Shown: positions 1 to 11,273, counted from the whole stretch's first letter. The stretch is 63,971 bases of DNA, filler included, from Acidimicrobiia bacterium (GCA_046759765.1; 3 parts of 3 records of this genome joined end to end with filler, not necessarily neighbours in it); one strand, 5' to 3'. Notes: generated by a model not told the origin, from the sequence alone. Numbers and translations: made by a program.

Positions 1-740
1 GCTCACCGACTACGCCCGGAGAATCCGCTGAGGACCTCGGCCTTCCCGTCGTGGTCTTGGAAGACGAGGACCTCAGAGCAACCGAGATGACGAGGGGCTG
101 GATCTTCGTGGAGCACGCTGGAGGCGCTCCGTACTTGGCTCCTGGACACTCAATTACCAGGGCCGGCGAGCACACGCTCTTCGTCAACGAGAGCAGCGTC
201 CTAGCCCTAGCAGAGCCCGGACACACCGAGGTCCTCCGGGCGCGCGACCTGTCGGCCGAAGAAGTACTCGCAGTTGCCGGAATACGTCACAGCATGTTCG
301 TTCTCACCGAAACCGGCGGCCGAGGGGCCCTCTATCACATACCCCTCTGGAGCGATGTGCTGCGAACGCCGCTTTCAGACGTCGAGAGCCGGAGTGCTTC
401 ACCTTTGGTCGTGTTCACTCTCGATCCACCGTTTACCGAAGGCCGGATTCTCGTAGCACCGGATCAGTCGACTATCGCCGTTGAGGCTGTCTCTGACGGT
501 GACGTATCTCGTACGTCAGTCTTGTGGGTCGGCGACGGCCCGCCGCCGTGTTGGCCGGCTTTCAACGGCATCTGCCACCTGGCTCAGGTGCAAGGCACAC
601 CCGTCGACTTTTCACCCGACGGCCACTGGCTGCTGGCACGGGATGGTCAGGGCCGGGCGCTGCTCGTTTCGACGCGGGGCCGCGGGGCGGTACCGCTCGA
701 CCTGGAGATCCCAGACCGGGTCGCGTGGACGGCCCCTTAG
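1..740 (+). CDS. Hypothetical protein, 5'-truncated; C-terminus resembles TolB/WD40-like beta-propeller blades
   Basis: Frame is open from the window edge to TAG at 738-740. Contains VAPDQSTIAV and FSPDGHWLL motifs. Confidence 0.6.
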   Translation, partial: SPTTPGESAEDLGLPVVVLEDEDLRATEMTRGWIFVEHAGGAPYLAPGHSITRAGEHTLFVNESSVLALAEPGHTEVLRARDLSAEEVLAVAGIRHSMFVLTETGGRGALYHIPLWSDVLRTPLSDVESRSASPLVVFTLDPPFTEGRILVAPDQSTIAVEAVSDGDVSRTSVLWVGDGPPPCWPAFNGICHLAQVQGTPVDFSPDGHWLLARDGQGRALLVSTRGRGAVPLDLEIPDRVAWTAP

Positions 741-791
741 GTTCAGACGAAGCAGAGGAAGCCGACCGACCGCTAGCTACCATGCCGCGCG

Positions 792-1658
792 ATGGTCGCC
801 CTCCAGCACGCCGGCTCGGGCAAGGTGAGGGAGATCTTCGCCCTTGGAGAAGAGCGCCTGCTCATCGTGGCGACCGATCGCATTTCGGCCTACGACGTAA
901 TCCTTCCTGATCCGATCCCGGACAAGGGAAGGGTGCTGACCCAGTTGACGGCTTTCTGGCTCGACCACTTACCGGGTCCGCACCACCTGCTGTCGATGGA
1001 CACCGCCGGACTCGAAGTGCCAGGAGTGGACGACCTCGACGGGCGGGCGATGATCGTCCGCCGCGCCGATCCCATACCTCTCGAATGCGTGGTTCGGGGC
1101 TACCTCTACGGATCGGCATGGGACGAATACCGGGGCGGAGGCGGGCCTACCACCGAGCATCTCCCGGAGGGGCTCCGCCTGACGGACAAATTGCCGGAGC
1201 CGATCTTCACTCCCGCCACGAAAGCCGTGGAAGGCCACGATGAGAACTTGACCCGGCATGAGGCACGACGCCTCGTCGGGCCGGAGACCTATGACACTCT
1301 CCGCCGACGGTCGCTGGCTCTCTACGAGCTAGCCGCATTACACGCAGAAGCGGCCGGCCTGATTCTGGCCGACACCAAGTTCGAGTTCGGAACCGTTGAC
1401 GGCGAGTTTCTCCTCATCGACGAAGTACTCACTCCCGACTCGTCGCGTTATTGGCCTGCCGCCAATTGGAATCCGCCGGACGATGTTCCGTCGTTCGACA
1501 AGCAATACGTTCGAGCCTGGCTCGACGAGATCGGGTGGGACCGCAGGCCGCCAGCTCCGAGCCTCCCGCCGGAGATCATCGCGGGAACGCGCGACCGTTA
1601 CCTGGAGGCATATCAGCGGATCAGCCAGCAGCCCTTCGAGCAGGATCCCGGAACATGA
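792..1658 (+). CDS. purC: SAICAR synthetase
   Basis: GKVREIF, ATDRISAYD, ECVVRGYL, ADTKFEFG, DEVLTPDSSR and SFDKQYVR motifs; first gene of the pur operon. Confidence 0.97.
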   Translation: MVALQHAGSGKVREIFALGEERLLIVATDRISAYDVILPDPIPDKGRVLTQLTAFWLDHLPGPHHLLSMDTAGLEVPGVDDLDGRAMIVRRADPIPLECVVRGYLYGSAWDEYRGGGGPTTEHLPEGLRLTDKLPEPIFTPATKAVEGHDENLTRHEARRLVGPETYDTLRRRSLALYELAALHAEAAGLILADTKFEFGTVDGEFLLIDEVLTPDSSRYWPAANWNPPDDVPSFDKQYVRAWLDEIGWDRRPPAPSLPPEIIAGTRDRYLEAYQRISQQPFEQDPGT

Positions 1659-1897
1659 GGGTGCGAGTGTTGGTCAAGCGCCGAGCCGACATCTCGGATC
1701 CGCACGGGCAGACGGTCGCGAACGCCTTGCACGATCTCGGGTATGAGGACGTGAGAGACGTCAGGATCGACAAACTGATCACCGTCGTCCTTCCCGAGAG
1801 CGACCCGTCCTCCGCACGGGCTCGCGTAGCCGAGATGTGCGAGAAGCTGCTGGCCAATCCCGTCATCGAGGACTTCGAGGTGGAAATCGAATCGTGA
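1655..1897 (+). CDS. purS: FGAM synthase subunit PurS
   Basis: 80 aa from an ATG overlapping the purC stop; DPHG and MCEKLLANPVIEDF motifs. Confidence 0.95.
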   Translation: MRVRVLVKRRADISDPHGQTVANALHDLGYEDVRDVRIDKLITVVLPESDPSSARARVAEMCEKLLANPVIEDFEVEIES

Positions 1898-2568
1898 AAA
1901 CTGCCGTGGTTGTCTTTCCGGGAACCAACTGCGAGCACGATGTCGCCTACGCGCTCCGCGCGGTCGGAGCAGACCCCGAGCTCGTATGGCACCGAGAGTC
2001 CGATCTTTCCGACTTCGACGGCGTGGTCCTTCCTGGCGGGTTCGCTCATGGCGATTATCTGCGAACCGGCGCGATTGCCCGATTCTCACCTGTCATGGTG
2101 GAGGTGGCGCGCCTCGCTACCGAAGGACGGCCTGTCTTGGGCATATGCAACGGATTCCAGATCCTCTGTGAGGCCGGGCTGCTACCGGGCGCGTTGATCC
2201 AGAACCAGCAGCTCCGTTTTATCTGTCGACCCGTGCATGTGCGGGTGGCATCCACCGAGTCGATGCTGACACGCTCGCTGGAAGTCGGCGCCGTGTTGCA
2301 ACTCCCCCTCAACTCATACGAGGGCAATTACACGGCCCCTGACTTCGATCTCAATAGTGTCGTCCTCCAATACTGCAGCCCCACCGGTCAAGTGACACCT
2401 TCGGACAATCCCAACGGGGCCATAGGCAATACGGCTGCCGTGACCAACGAGACAGGAAACGTGGTCGGAATAATGCCGCACCCGGAAAGAGCAATCGAGT
2501 CCGCTCTGGGCTCTCGCGACGGCCGCCTTCTCCTGGAAGGCATGCTGACGGCCCTCAGTCATGCTTGA
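1894..2568 (+). CDS. purQ: FGAM synthase glutaminase subunit PurQ
   Basis: [26 protein letters not shown] (catalytic Cys) and MPHPER motifs; GTG start overlaps the purS stop. Confidence 0.96.
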   Translation: MKTAVVVFPGTNCEHDVAYALRAVGADPELVWHRESDLSDFDGVVLPGGFAHGDYLRTGAIARFSPVMVEVARLATEGRPVLGICNGFQILCEAGLLPGALIQNQQLRFICRPVHVRVASTESMLTRSLEVGAVLQLPLNSYEGNYTAPDFDLNSVVLQYCSPTGQVTPSDNPNGAIGNTAAVTNETGNVVGIMPHPERAIESALGSRDGRLLLEGMLTALSHA

Positions 2569-4756
2569 CACCCGCCATCATGAGCTCGGGCTGACCAACG
2601 ACGAGTACCTGCTGATAACCCGGACGCTGAAGAGGCCGCCCGAGGACGCCGAGCTCGCCCTGTTCTCGGTGATGTGGTCAGAGCACTGCTCCTACAAATC
2701 CTCCCGCGTTCTGCTCGATCGCCTCCCGGACGAGGCCCCTTGGGTCGTGGTCGGACCCGGCCAGAACGCGGGCGTGGTGGATATCGGCGACGGCTGGCTG
2801 GCGGCTCTTCGAATCGAGAGTCACAACCATCCTTCTTTCGTGGAGCCTTACGAGGGCGCCGCAACTGGCATAGGGGGGATCCTCCGAGATGTGTTCACGA
2901 TGGGAGCTCGCCCGATAGCACTCTGGGATCAAATCCGATTCGGGCCCCTGGAAGACGCGACGTCTCGCTATCTCTTCGAGGGGGTCGTAGCCGGCATCGC
3001 CGGATACGGCAACGCCGTTGGCGTCCCGACGGTTGGTGGCGAGGTCGACTTCGATGATTGCTACCGCCAGAACCCGCTCGTCAACGTCATGGCTCTCGGC
3101 CTGCTACGCCGCGACGATCTCGTCTTGGCCGAGGCCGGCCCAGAGGGAACCGTGGCGGTCCTCCTCGGTTCGGCCACCGGACGAGACGGGATCGGTGGGG
3201 CATCCGTGCTGGCCTCGGCCGGGTTCGATTCCGCTGCTGCGAGCAAGCGTCCCTCGGTCCAGGTGGGCGACCCGTTCGCAGAAAAGAAGCTCATCGAAGC
3301 ATGCCTGACCCTCTACGAGCGGGGACTCGTGGTGGGAATCCAGGACCTCGGCGCCGGTGGTTTGGGCTGCGCTTCCTCAGAGCCTGTAGCCCGCTCCGGC
3401 GTGGGACTCGACCTCGATCTCGATTCCGTTCATACCCGGGAATCCGGTATGACAGCCGCTGAGCTGCTGATCTCCGAGTCTCAGGAGAGGATGCTCGCCT
3501 TCGTTCGTCCGGAACATCTCACCGCCGTCCAGGAGGTCGCCGCGCGATGGGAGATCAGGGCCTCAGTCGTTGGCGTCGTGAAGGAAGATGAGACCCTGAG
3601 GGCGAGGTTGGCCGGCGACGTGGTCGTCGACTTGCCTCCGAGTACGTTGACTGCCGGTGCACCCACCTATCGGAGGCCGGCTGAGCGCCCGGCATGGTTA
3701 CGAGACCTCTGGGACGACGAACCGTCTCCCGAGGCCCCCGACCTGGCGGACACCCTTTTTACTCTGCTCGACGAGCCTGGCCTTGCCGACCGCTCGTGGG
3801 TATACGAGCAGTACGACCATCAGCTGTTTCTCAACACCCTTCTGGGACCCGGCCACGATGGCTCGCTCCTAAGAGTGAAGGGCACCGCCAAGGGACTGGC
3901 AGTGAGCACCGATGGCAACGGGCGGGCATGCCAGCTAGATCCACGCAACGGAGCGTCCCGCCTGGTGTTTGAGGCCGCTCTCAACGTTGCAGTGTTGGGC
4001 GCCCAGCCCTGGGCAGTTGTAGACAACCTTAACTTCGGAAGCCCCGAGGACCCGACCGTCATGTGGCAGTTCGCCGAGACCGTCGAAGGCATCGCCACGG
4101 CATGCGAGGCGTTGGGAGTTCCGGTGGTCGGCGGGAACGTCTCCTTCTACAACGAGACGGCAGGTACGGCCATTTTCCCGACACCGGTCATTGGCATGCT
4201 CGGGCTCTCGGACCCGGCTCCAGAGAGGGTCCCTCGACTCGATCGAGCCAAAGAAGGTGCTGAGGTCTGGCTGCTCGGTCCCCGCTCCGTGGACTTGGCC
4301 GGGACCGCCTTCGATCACCTGGCGCGAGGACACCTCGGCGGACGCCCCGAGCCTCCCAGCTCGGCCGCCGGACGAGCCACAGTTCGCGCGGCCAAAGATC
4401 TAGCAACCGGCGGGCTGTGTCCTGTGCTCCACGACCTATCGGCGGGAGGACTCCTCATAGCCCTGGCCGAGATCTGCATCCGATCAGGCGTGGGGGCAGT
4501 CCTCGCCTACGAGGACTGGCGGGAGCTCTTTTCGGAAGGACCACATCGACTGCTGGCGGCCATTGAGCCCGAAGCCGCTCCAGAGGTAACGGCGATCGCC
4601 AGGAGCCACGACCTCCCCGCCCGTTGCATTGGACGCTTCGGGGGCGATCACATCGCGATCGTTGGAGGCGATGCAGGCAAAGCTTCGATACAACTCCGCC
4701 GCGCCGCCACCGTGTGGCGGGACGCCATACCTCGTCGGTTGAGGAGAAACTCATGA
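2561..4756 (+). CDS. purL: FGAM synthase subunit PurL
   Basis: [32 protein letters not shown] and GGNVSFYNE motifs. Confidence 0.97.
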   Translation: MLDTRHHELGLTNDEYLLITRTLKRPPEDAELALFSVMWSEHCSYKSSRVLLDRLPDEAPWVVVGPGQNAGVVDIGDGWLAALRIESHNHPSFVEPYEGAATGIGGILRDVFTMGARPIALWDQIRFGPLEDATSRYLFEGVVAGIAGYGNAVGVPTVGGEVDFDDCYRQNPLVNVMALGLLRRDDLVLAEAGPEGTVAVLLGSATGRDGIGGASVLASAGFDSAAASKRPSVQVGDPFAEKKLIEACLTLYERGLVVGIQDLGAGGLGCASSEPVARSGVGLDLDLDSVHTRESGMTAAELLISESQERMLAFVRPEHLTAVQEVAARWEIRASVVGVVKEDETLRARLAGDVVVDLPPSTLTAGAPTYRRPAERPAWLRDLWDDEPSPEAPDLADTLFTLLDEPGLADRSWVYEQYDHQLFLNTLLGPGHDGSLLRVKGTAKGLAVSTDGNGRACQLDPRNGASRLVFEAALNVAVLGAQPWAVVDNLNFGSPEDPTVMWQFAETVEGIATACEALGVPVVGGNVSFYNETAGTAIFPTPVIGMLGLSDPAPERVPRLDRAKEGAEVWLLGPRSVDLAGTAFDHLARGHLGGRPEPPSSAAGRATVRAAKDLATGGLCPVLHDLSAGGLLIALAEICIRSGVGAVLAYEDWRELFSEGPHRLLAAIEPEAAPEVTAIARSHDLPARCIGRFGGDHIAIVGGDAGKASIQLRRAATVWRDAIPRRLRRNS

Positions 4757-6198
4757 AACAGCTGCCGGCGGTACGGCAGGTTCCGATCGAGGGCCTCGAT
4801 CGTCTCGGTGAAGCGTGTGGCGTCTTCGGCGTATACGCACCCGGAGAGGAGGCCGCTCACGTCACCTACTTCGGCCTGTTTGCGCTGCAGCATCGCGGGC
4901 AGGAGAGCGCAGGCATCGCCGTTTCCGACGGGATGACGGTCACGGTCGCCAAGAACATGGGCCTGGTTGCTCAAGTCTTCGACGAGCGGGTACTCGCAGG
5001 CCTGAGCGGACACTTGGCCATCGGGCACACGCGTTACTCGACGACAGGCTCCAGCAAGTGGGAGAACGCACAGCCCGCCTTCCGGCAGGTGGGCTCCACC
5101 GGGCTGGCACTAGCTCACAACGGAAATCTCACCAACACGGCCGAACTCTTCGCCCGGTTCGGAAGCACCGGGGCGACAACCGACTCCGAACTCATGTGTG
5201 CCGCCATCGCGTCCGCCGTTCATGACGGACGCTCCGACGATCGCCAGCTCGAGCGAGCGCTAACCGAAACCCTTCCTACGTTTCAAGGTGCTTTCTCTCT
5301 CGCCCTGATGGACCAAGGCCACCTCATCGGCGTGCGTGACCCTCACGGCTTCCGTCCGCTGTGCCTGGGCAGGATCGGCGATCGAGGCTGGGTGATCGCC
5401 TCGGAGACCTCGGCTCTCGACCTCGTCGGGGCCACGTTCACGCGTGAGATCTCGGCCGGCGAGATGGTGATCATCGATGCCAACGGGCTCCGAAGCTTGC
5501 ACCCGTTCGGTTCGGTCTCGGAAAGGCTCTGTCTCTTCGAGTTCGTCTACTTCGCCCGGCCGGACAGCCTTCTGTACGGCGAGAGCATCCATGCGGCCCG
5601 ACTGCGGATGGGCAGGCAGTTGGCTCGAGAGGCTCCCCAGGACGCCGATGTCGTGGTTCCAGTTCCCGAGTCCGGTATCCCAGCTGCTCAAGGCTTCGCC
5701 GCCGAGAGCGGCATTCCGTACGCCGACGGGCTGGTCAAGAATCGTTATGTCGGGCGTACGTTCATCCAGCCCAGCGCATCGCTTCGTGACCGCGGCATCC
5801 GGTTGAAGATCAACCCGATCCCGGCCACTCTTGCCGGCAAGCGACTCGTGCTGGTCGACGACTCGATCGTCCGCGGCACGACGACACGGAAAATGGTCGA
5901 GCTGGTCCGCGAGGCCGGTGCCCGCGAGATTCATCTGCGTATCTCCTCCCCTCCCTACCGCTGGCCCTGCTTCTACGGAATGGACACCTCCGACATAACT
6001 CAGCTACTTGCCGCCGAGCGGGAGGTCCACGAGATCGAGAAATACCTAAGCGTTGACTCCCTCTCCTATCTGTCGCTCGAAGGGCTGTTGGAGGCAACCG
6101 GGGCACCGGAAGCCGGTTTCTGCACGGCATGTCTGTCCGGCAACTACCCGACGTCCATCCCAGTCGAAGGTGACAAGTTGCTCCTCGAGCGACGGTGA
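4753..6198 (+). CDS. purF: Amidophosphoribosyltransferase
   Basis: Propeptide followed by [32 protein letters not shown] and C-terminal CTAC motifs. Confidence 0.97.
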   Translation: MKQLPAVRQVPIEGLDRLGEACGVFGVYAPGEEAAHVTYFGLFALQHRGQESAGIAVSDGMTVTVAKNMGLVAQVFDERVLAGLSGHLAIGHTRYSTTGSSKWENAQPAFRQVGSTGLALAHNGNLTNTAELFARFGSTGATTDSELMCAAIASAVHDGRSDDRQLERALTETLPTFQGAFSLALMDQGHLIGVRDPHGFRPLCLGRIGDRGWVIASETSALDLVGATFTREISAGEMVIIDANGLRSLHPFGSVSERLCLFEFVYFARPDSLLYGESIHAARLRMGRQLAREAPQDADVVVPVPESGIPAAQGFAAESGIPYADGLVKNRYVGRTFIQPSASLRDRGIRLKINPIPATLAGKRLVLVDDSIVRGTTTRKMVELVREAGAREIHLRISSPPYRWPCFYGMDTSDITQLLAAEREVHEIEKYLSVDSLSYLSLEGLLEATGAPEAGFCTACLSGNYPTSIPVEGDKLLLERR

Positions 6199-7202
6199 CC
6201 ACCTACCGCGGAGCCGGAGTAGATGTAGGCGCCGGCGAGCGCCTAATCGCGTCGATTAGCGATCATGTTCAGGCCACGTGGGGGCCATCAGTCACAGGAC
6301 CCTTCGGCTCGTTTGCCGCCGGAGTTCGGCTGCCTCCCGCCATTGAAAGCCCCGTTTTGATGATGACCACGGACGGCGTCGGGACAAAGCTCGACCTGGC
6401 TCGCAGTGTCGGCATCATCGATGGCCTCGGGTCCGACCTCGTGGCCATGTCCGTTGACGATCTCGCCGCGATGGGCGCCTCACCGATCGGGTTCTGCGAT
6501 TACCTGGCCGTCGGTCAACTGCACACGGAGAGGGACCGTCTGCTGATCGGCTCGATTGCGGAAGCTTGCCGAAGGGCCGACTGCCCGCTTTTGGGCGGCG
6601 AAACGGCGGAACATCCGGGTGTTCTCCGGCCAGACCAGTTCGATCTCGTGGGGGCCGCCCTCGGCGTGGTATCAGAAGGTAGTCAGGTCACAGGATCGGC
6701 GATCCGGTCGGGGGATGTCATCATCGGGCTGAGCAGCCCCAACCTGCGCTCTAACGGCTTCTCGCTGGTCCGCTCTGTGATCGAGGGGCTGAATCTGGAT
6801 GAGCCTTTGCCGGGGACGACGGAGCCGGCGGCACAGGTCCTGTGCGAGCCTTCCGTCATATACGCGCCGACGGTGCTGAAGCTGCTGGAGTCGGTGGAGG
6901 TGCATGGTTTAGCTCATATCACCGGCGGCGGCCTGGTGCGGAATCTTCGGCGGATCCTCCCCGATGGCTATCGGGCGATCGTCGATTCCGACAGCTGGGA
7001 GGTTCCGAGGGTGTTCGAGGCCATAAGGCAGCTCGGCTCGGTCACCGACGACGAGATGATGAGTACCTTCAATATGGGCGTCGGTTTCTGCATCGTCCTT
7101 GCGGATAAGGGTGTCGACGAGGCACTGGCTGCGCTCCGAGAGCACGAGCCTTCTGTTATTGGGAGAGTCGAGCCAGGACCGGCGAGCGTCGAATTCGCCT
7201 AG
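6195..7202 (+). CDS. purM: AIR synthetase
   Basis: TYRGAGVD, TDGVGTK, GGETAEHPG, SNGFSLVR, HITGGG and TFNMGVG motifs. Confidence 0.96.
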   Translation: MTTYRGAGVDVGAGERLIASISDHVQATWGPSVTGPFGSFAAGVRLPPAIESPVLMMTTDGVGTKLDLARSVGIIDGLGSDLVAMSVDDLAAMGASPIGFCDYLAVGQLHTERDRLLIGSIAEACRRADCPLLGGETAEHPGVLRPDQFDLVGAALGVVSEGSQVTGSAIRSGDVIIGLSSPNLRSNGFSLVRSVIEGLNLDEPLPGTTEPAAQVLCEPSVIYAPTVLKLLESVEVHGLAHITGGGLVRNLRRILPDGYRAIVDSDSWEVPRVFEAIRQLGSVTDDEMMSTFNMGVGFCIVLADKGVDEALAALREHEPSVIGRVEPGPASVEFA

Positions 7203-7239
7203 CCGTCTGCATGCCACAATGGCTCCGAGAGGAGCACCA

Positions 7240-8505
7240 GTGGATCTGATCGCCCGTCACCGCGACGTCGTTGCACCCGTGATGGGATTCGAGACCGACA
7301 TCTTCATCGAGCGGGCCGAGGGTCTGTGGGTCTACGACCGAGACGGCAACCGTTGGGCCGACTTCGGCTGCGGAACCGCGGTCACCAACTTGGGCCACAA
7401 CCACCCTGTACTTATCGAGGCCGCACGGGCCCAAATGGAGCGGCTCGTTCACGGGGGTGGAGTCTTCCACTACAAGGCGCTGGTGGAACTGGCCGAGAAG
7501 CTCCGCGACATAACCCCACCGACCATCGACATGTTCGGCTTCGCCAACTCCGGATCAGAGGCGGTGGAAGCGGCCGTCAAGCTGGCCAGGTATGTGAGCG
7601 GCCGCCCGGCAGTCATCGTCTTTCGAGGTGGATTCCATGGCCGCACTATGGGCTCGGTCGCTTATACCACCTCGAACGCCAAGTACAGGGACAACTACCA
7701 CCCGGTCCTCGGAGCGGTGTTCGTGGCTCCTTTCCCTCACCCGTTCCGTTGGGGCATGTCGGAGGACCGGGCCACCGACATGGCCCTTTCTGAGATCGAG
7801 CGCATGTTTCGGCATGAGGTCTCACCTCAAAGCGTCGCCGCCTTCCTCATCGAGCCCGTACAGGGCGAGGGCGGCTATTACCAGGCGCCGGCTCGTTTCC
7901 TCGAAGAGGTTCGGGCGATGTCCGATCAGCACGGAATCAGACTCATCCTCGACGAAGTGCAAACCGGATTCGGGCGTACGGCTCGCTGGTTCGCCTCCGA
8001 ACACTACGGGATCGAGCCCGACATAGTGGCCCTAGGCAAGGGGATAGCCAACGGTCTGCCGGTCTCGGCCTATGGGGCATCGCGAGAGATCATGAAAGGC
8101 TGGCCTCAAGGAGCCCACGGGACGACGTTTGGGGGCAACCCTGTCGCGTGCGCGGCGGCCAGCGCCGGAATCGAAGTCCTCCGAGACCTGCTACCGCAGG
8201 CGGAGGAGCTCTCCCGAAGGGCGTTCGAGCGATTCGGCAAGCTCCAGGCCACCTACGAGACGGTGGGTGACGTGCGGGGCCTTGGACTGATGATCGGGAT
8301 CGACCTAGGCAAAGCTGGCGAACCCGACCCCGAGGCGATGCGAGCGGTGCACCGCCACGGACTGGAGAGTGAGCTGATCGTGATCCCGTGCGGTCCTGAC
8401 GACAACGTGATCCGTTTCATCCCGCCTCTCGTCACGGAGATGGACGAACTTGATCGCGCCATCGATGTGATCGAAGAGGGCCTTCGCCGCTACGAGCTGG
8501 GCTGA
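7240..8505 (+). CDS. Class III PLP aminotransferase (4-aminobutyrate aminotransferase-like)
   Basis: SGSEAVE, FHGRT, EPVQGEGG, DEVQTGFGRT, LGKGIANG and HGTTFGGNP motifs; GTG start after an AGAGGAG RBS. Confidence 0.9.
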   Translation: MDLIARHRDVVAPVMGFETDIFIERAEGLWVYDRDGNRWADFGCGTAVTNLGHNHPVLIEAARAQMERLVHGGGVFHYKALVELAEKLRDITPPTIDMFGFANSGSEAVEAAVKLARYVSGRPAVIVFRGGFHGRTMGSVAYTTSNAKYRDNYHPVLGAVFVAPFPHPFRWGMSEDRATDMALSEIERMFRHEVSPQSVAAFLIEPVQGEGGYYQAPARFLEEVRAMSDQHGIRLILDEVQTGFGRTARWFASEHYGIEPDIVALGKGIANGLPVSAYGASREIMKGWPQGAHGTTFGGNPVACAAASAGIEVLRDLLPQAEELSRRAFERFGKLQATYETVGDVRGLGLMIGIDLGKAGEPDPEAMRAVHRHGLESELIVIPCGPDDNVIRFIPPLVTEMDELDRAIDVIEEGLRRYELG

Positions 8506-9549
8506 GTGGCGTCCGAGCAGCCCCGGCTGTTCCAACTGGCGGAGGGCCTGCGCCGCGTCCATGGGGCGGTGGCGGAGCAAGACCAGGAACTCTGGCACTC
8601 ACCAGACGCTCCTGTCGGCCGTCCGGTTGTTCTTGCGTTCGGAGGCAACGCTCTTCTCCCTGATCCCGAGGCCCCGGAAGCTGCGGATGCACAGGCCCGG
8701 GAGTTTGCCACGGCAGTACTTGAGCTTCTTCCCGAAGATGCCGGCCTCGTGCTCGTCCATGGGAACGGACCGCAGGTCGGCCTCATTCTCCTGCGGGTGG
8801 AGGCAACCCGCGACTAGCTTCCCTCGGAGACTCTCGATGTCATGGTGGCCGAGACGCAAGGCAGTATCGGTTATCAATTGGCGCGGGCCCTGCGAAACGC
8901 GTTCGCAGGAGAGAACATCGAGGTAGAGGTCGCCACATTGGCCACCCAAGTGGTCGTCGATCCCGACGATCCCGCCTTCGCCAATCCGACGAAACCCGTA
9001 GGGCCTTTCTACACAGCATCCCAGGAGAGCGAGCTGCGCGCCAGGTTTCACTGGGACCTGACGGAGATTCCTGGTCGTGGTTGGAGACGGGTCGTGCCTT
9101 CACCCTCACCGCTAGACATCGTGGAGCTACACACCGTTGCCGACGCCGCCACACACGGTCACATCGTCATCGCCGGAGGCGGCGGTGGTATCCCAGTTCA
9201 TCGGACGGATCGCGGCGAGCTGGTCGGTGTGGAGGCGGTCATCGACAAGGACCGAACGGCGGCATTACTGGCCATGAAATTGCATGCTTCTGCCTTTTTC
9301 ATCCTGACCGGCGTCTCCGAGGTCTACACGAGCTTTGGGCAGGCCGACCAAGAGCCGATTGCTTCCATGACCGTGGACAACGCGCGTCGCTTGCTTGACG
9401 AAGGCGAGTTTCCGCCGGGATCGATGGGCCCGAAGGTGGAATCCCCGGTCGCCTTCGTAGCCGCCACGGGCAATGACGCACTAATCACTGATGCCGAGCA
9501 CCTGTCCGACGCGCGGGCGCGGCAAGCAGGTACGTGGATCGTGCCCTGA
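8506..9549 (+). pseudogene. arcC: Carbamate kinase interrupted by an in-frame TAG at 8815-8817 (nonsense mutation, consensus error or readthrough)
   Basis: One continuous frame: AFGGNAL, VHGNGPQVG, then TAG, then ETQGSIGY, NPTKPVGPFY, RRVVPSP, EAVIDKD and GSMGPKV. Confidence 0.85.
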
Positions 9550-9555
9550 TACCCG

Positions 9556-9607
9556 AGTTTTCTGTCAATCTGAACCGCGTAAAACGCGGCTGAGACTGAC
9601 AAGAACG
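9556..9607. repeat. REP-like palindromic element, copy 1 (divergent)
   Basis: TTTTCTGTCAAT-ctgaaCCGCGTaaaACGCGG-ctgagACTGACAAGAAC, a few nt after the arcC stop; same outer arms as the copies at 12069, 16512 and 24700. Confidence 0.7.
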
Positions 9608-9708
9608 CGTGGCCAGAAGTCCGCCCGCAGGCGCGTGTCCTTCCAATCCGCTAGAACTAAAGCGACCGGCTAGTCCCTGGCGAGGGCATGAACCCTCGGG
9701 CCGGCAAC

Positions 9709-9741
9709 GGAAGGCCACCGGACGCGGTGGCCTTCCACTTT
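9709..9741. terminator. Perfect 12-bp hairpin; likely terminator, possibly bidirectional
   Basis: GGAAGGCCACCG-GACG-CGGTGGCCTTCC followed by ACTTT, directly at the lnt stop. Confidence 0.7.
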
Positions 9742-11219
9742 CAGGGACCTACTCTGGCCGCCTCACGGGCGGCGACTCGCCGCCGGATCTCGAAGACGAC
9801 AGCCAGGCCGATCAGGACCAGCACCACCCAATCGCGGAGCCGGAAGTAGAGGGTGTCACCACCCTGGCTGAAGCGCAGCGTCTCCTTGATCACCTCTGCG
9901 CGGTACAAGCCGGTTCTATATCCGGTCTCGCCCGCGGCATCGATGAATGTCGACCGCCCGGTGACAGCGGAATGGGCGATGTCGATGCCAAGCTCCGCAG
10001 CTCGCATCCTTGTGATCCCGATGAGCTGGTCCGCCGCCGGAGCCATGCCGTAGCTCGATTGGTTGGTGGCCACCACCATGAGATCGGCACCCGCGGCTAC
10101 GTGATCTCGGAAGTAGCGATGGAAAGCGGCTTCAAACGAGATGACCGATCCGAAGCTCCCTTGGGGGAGCTGGAATACCACTGGTCCTGCCCCCGGGATC
10201 ATGTCGCGGGGCACCCGATCCAACTCCGGAATCCAGTCGAAGAGAGGACGCGCAGGCACGTACTCGCCGAAAGGCACCGGATGCACCTTCCGGTATTCGT
10301 CGACGACCTCGCCGTCCGGCGAGAACAGAATATTCACGTTGACGAATTGGTCCTCGCCAACTGGTCGATCGCTTCCCATGATCAGATATGAACCGAGGCG
10401 TCTTGCCTCGGCCGCGACCTCGGAAGCCACTTCCGGGTTGATCGCAGGGTCAGTCAGAAAGCCGGCCGAGCTCTCAGCCCAGACCACGAGATCGACCTCT
10501 CCCGGGGAGACAGACTCTCGGGTCAATTCGAGGTGGTTCCTATACACGGTCTGCCGCTCGCCCACGCAGTGCGTAGCGGGACACGGGTTCTCGGCCTGCA
10601 CTATCGCGACTCGAAGCTCGGTCCCATCGGCGCCGGGGGTCGAAATCCAGCCGATCAGGGCCAGGCCGGCCACGATGGCTGCCATGGGGATCATGAGCTG
10701 CCATCGCCGACGTTCGATCGCCAGGGCCGCCGCCGCCCCGGCTGCAACGATCACAACAGTCCAGCCGGAGGTGCCGATCCATTGGGTGGCGGAGCGCGTC
10801 ACCGCGTAATCACCCATTGTGAACCCCAGCGCACCCCACGGCAGCCCGCCCAGCGGAAACCGCACCCGTATGAGCTCCAGCAGCCCCCACCCTGCCGCCG
10901 CGGTGATCACCCAGACCCAGTCGGATCGGGATCGAAAGGCAGATCCGACCAGCGCGGCGATGGCCGGGAATGCTGCCAGCGCCAAGGTCAGGGGAACCCA
11001 CGCGACCCAGCCAAGATTCGCTATCCACCACATCAGAAGCCCGTAGAAGACGAACCCGGCTAAGAAGCCGGCTGCCGCGGCCCTCCAGGCCGTCGCGGAC
11101 CGACGGACAGCAAGCCAAAACAGGGTGGCTCCGACGAACGACGCCAATCCGATGGAGTAGGGCGGGAAGGCGACCACGAATGCCAGGCCTGCCGAAGCGG
11201 CCAAAAGGAACGGGATCAC
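9741..11219 (-). CDS. lnt: Apolipoprotein N-acyltransferase with Ser at the catalytic Cys position
   Basis: Multi-TM N-terminus; FPLGGLPW, VVWAES, YRKVHPVPFGEY, VISFE and RMRAAE motifs; GTG start 6 nt after TATACT. Confidence 0.9.
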   Translation of the reverse strand: MIPFLLAASAGLAFVVAFPPYSIGLASFVGATLFWLAVRRSATAWRAAAAGFLAGFVFYGLLMWWIANLGWVAWVPLTLALAAFPAIAALVGSAFRSRSDWVWVITAAAGWGLLELIRVRFPLGGLPWGALGFTMGDYAVTRSATQWIGTSGWTVVIVAAGAAAALAIERRRWQLMIPMAAIVAGLALIGWISTPGADGTELRVAIVQAENPCPATHCVGERQTVYRNHLELTRESVSPGEVDLVVWAESSAGFLTDPAINPEVASEVAAEARRLGSYLIMGSDRPVGEDQFVNVNILFSPDGEVVDEYRKVHPVPFGEYVPARPLFDWIPELDRVPRDMIPGAGPVVFQLPQGSFGSVISFEAAFHRYFRDHVAAGADLMVVATNQSSYGMAPAADQLIGITRMRAAELGIDIAHSAVTGRSTFIDAAGETGYRTGLYRAEVIKETLRFSQGGDTLYFRLRDWVVLVLIGLAVVFEIRRRVAAREAARVGP

Positions 11220-11273
11220 GCGCAGAGTATATGAATGGGATCGCGCTACAGACTGGCTGCCTAAGGTGCGGCG

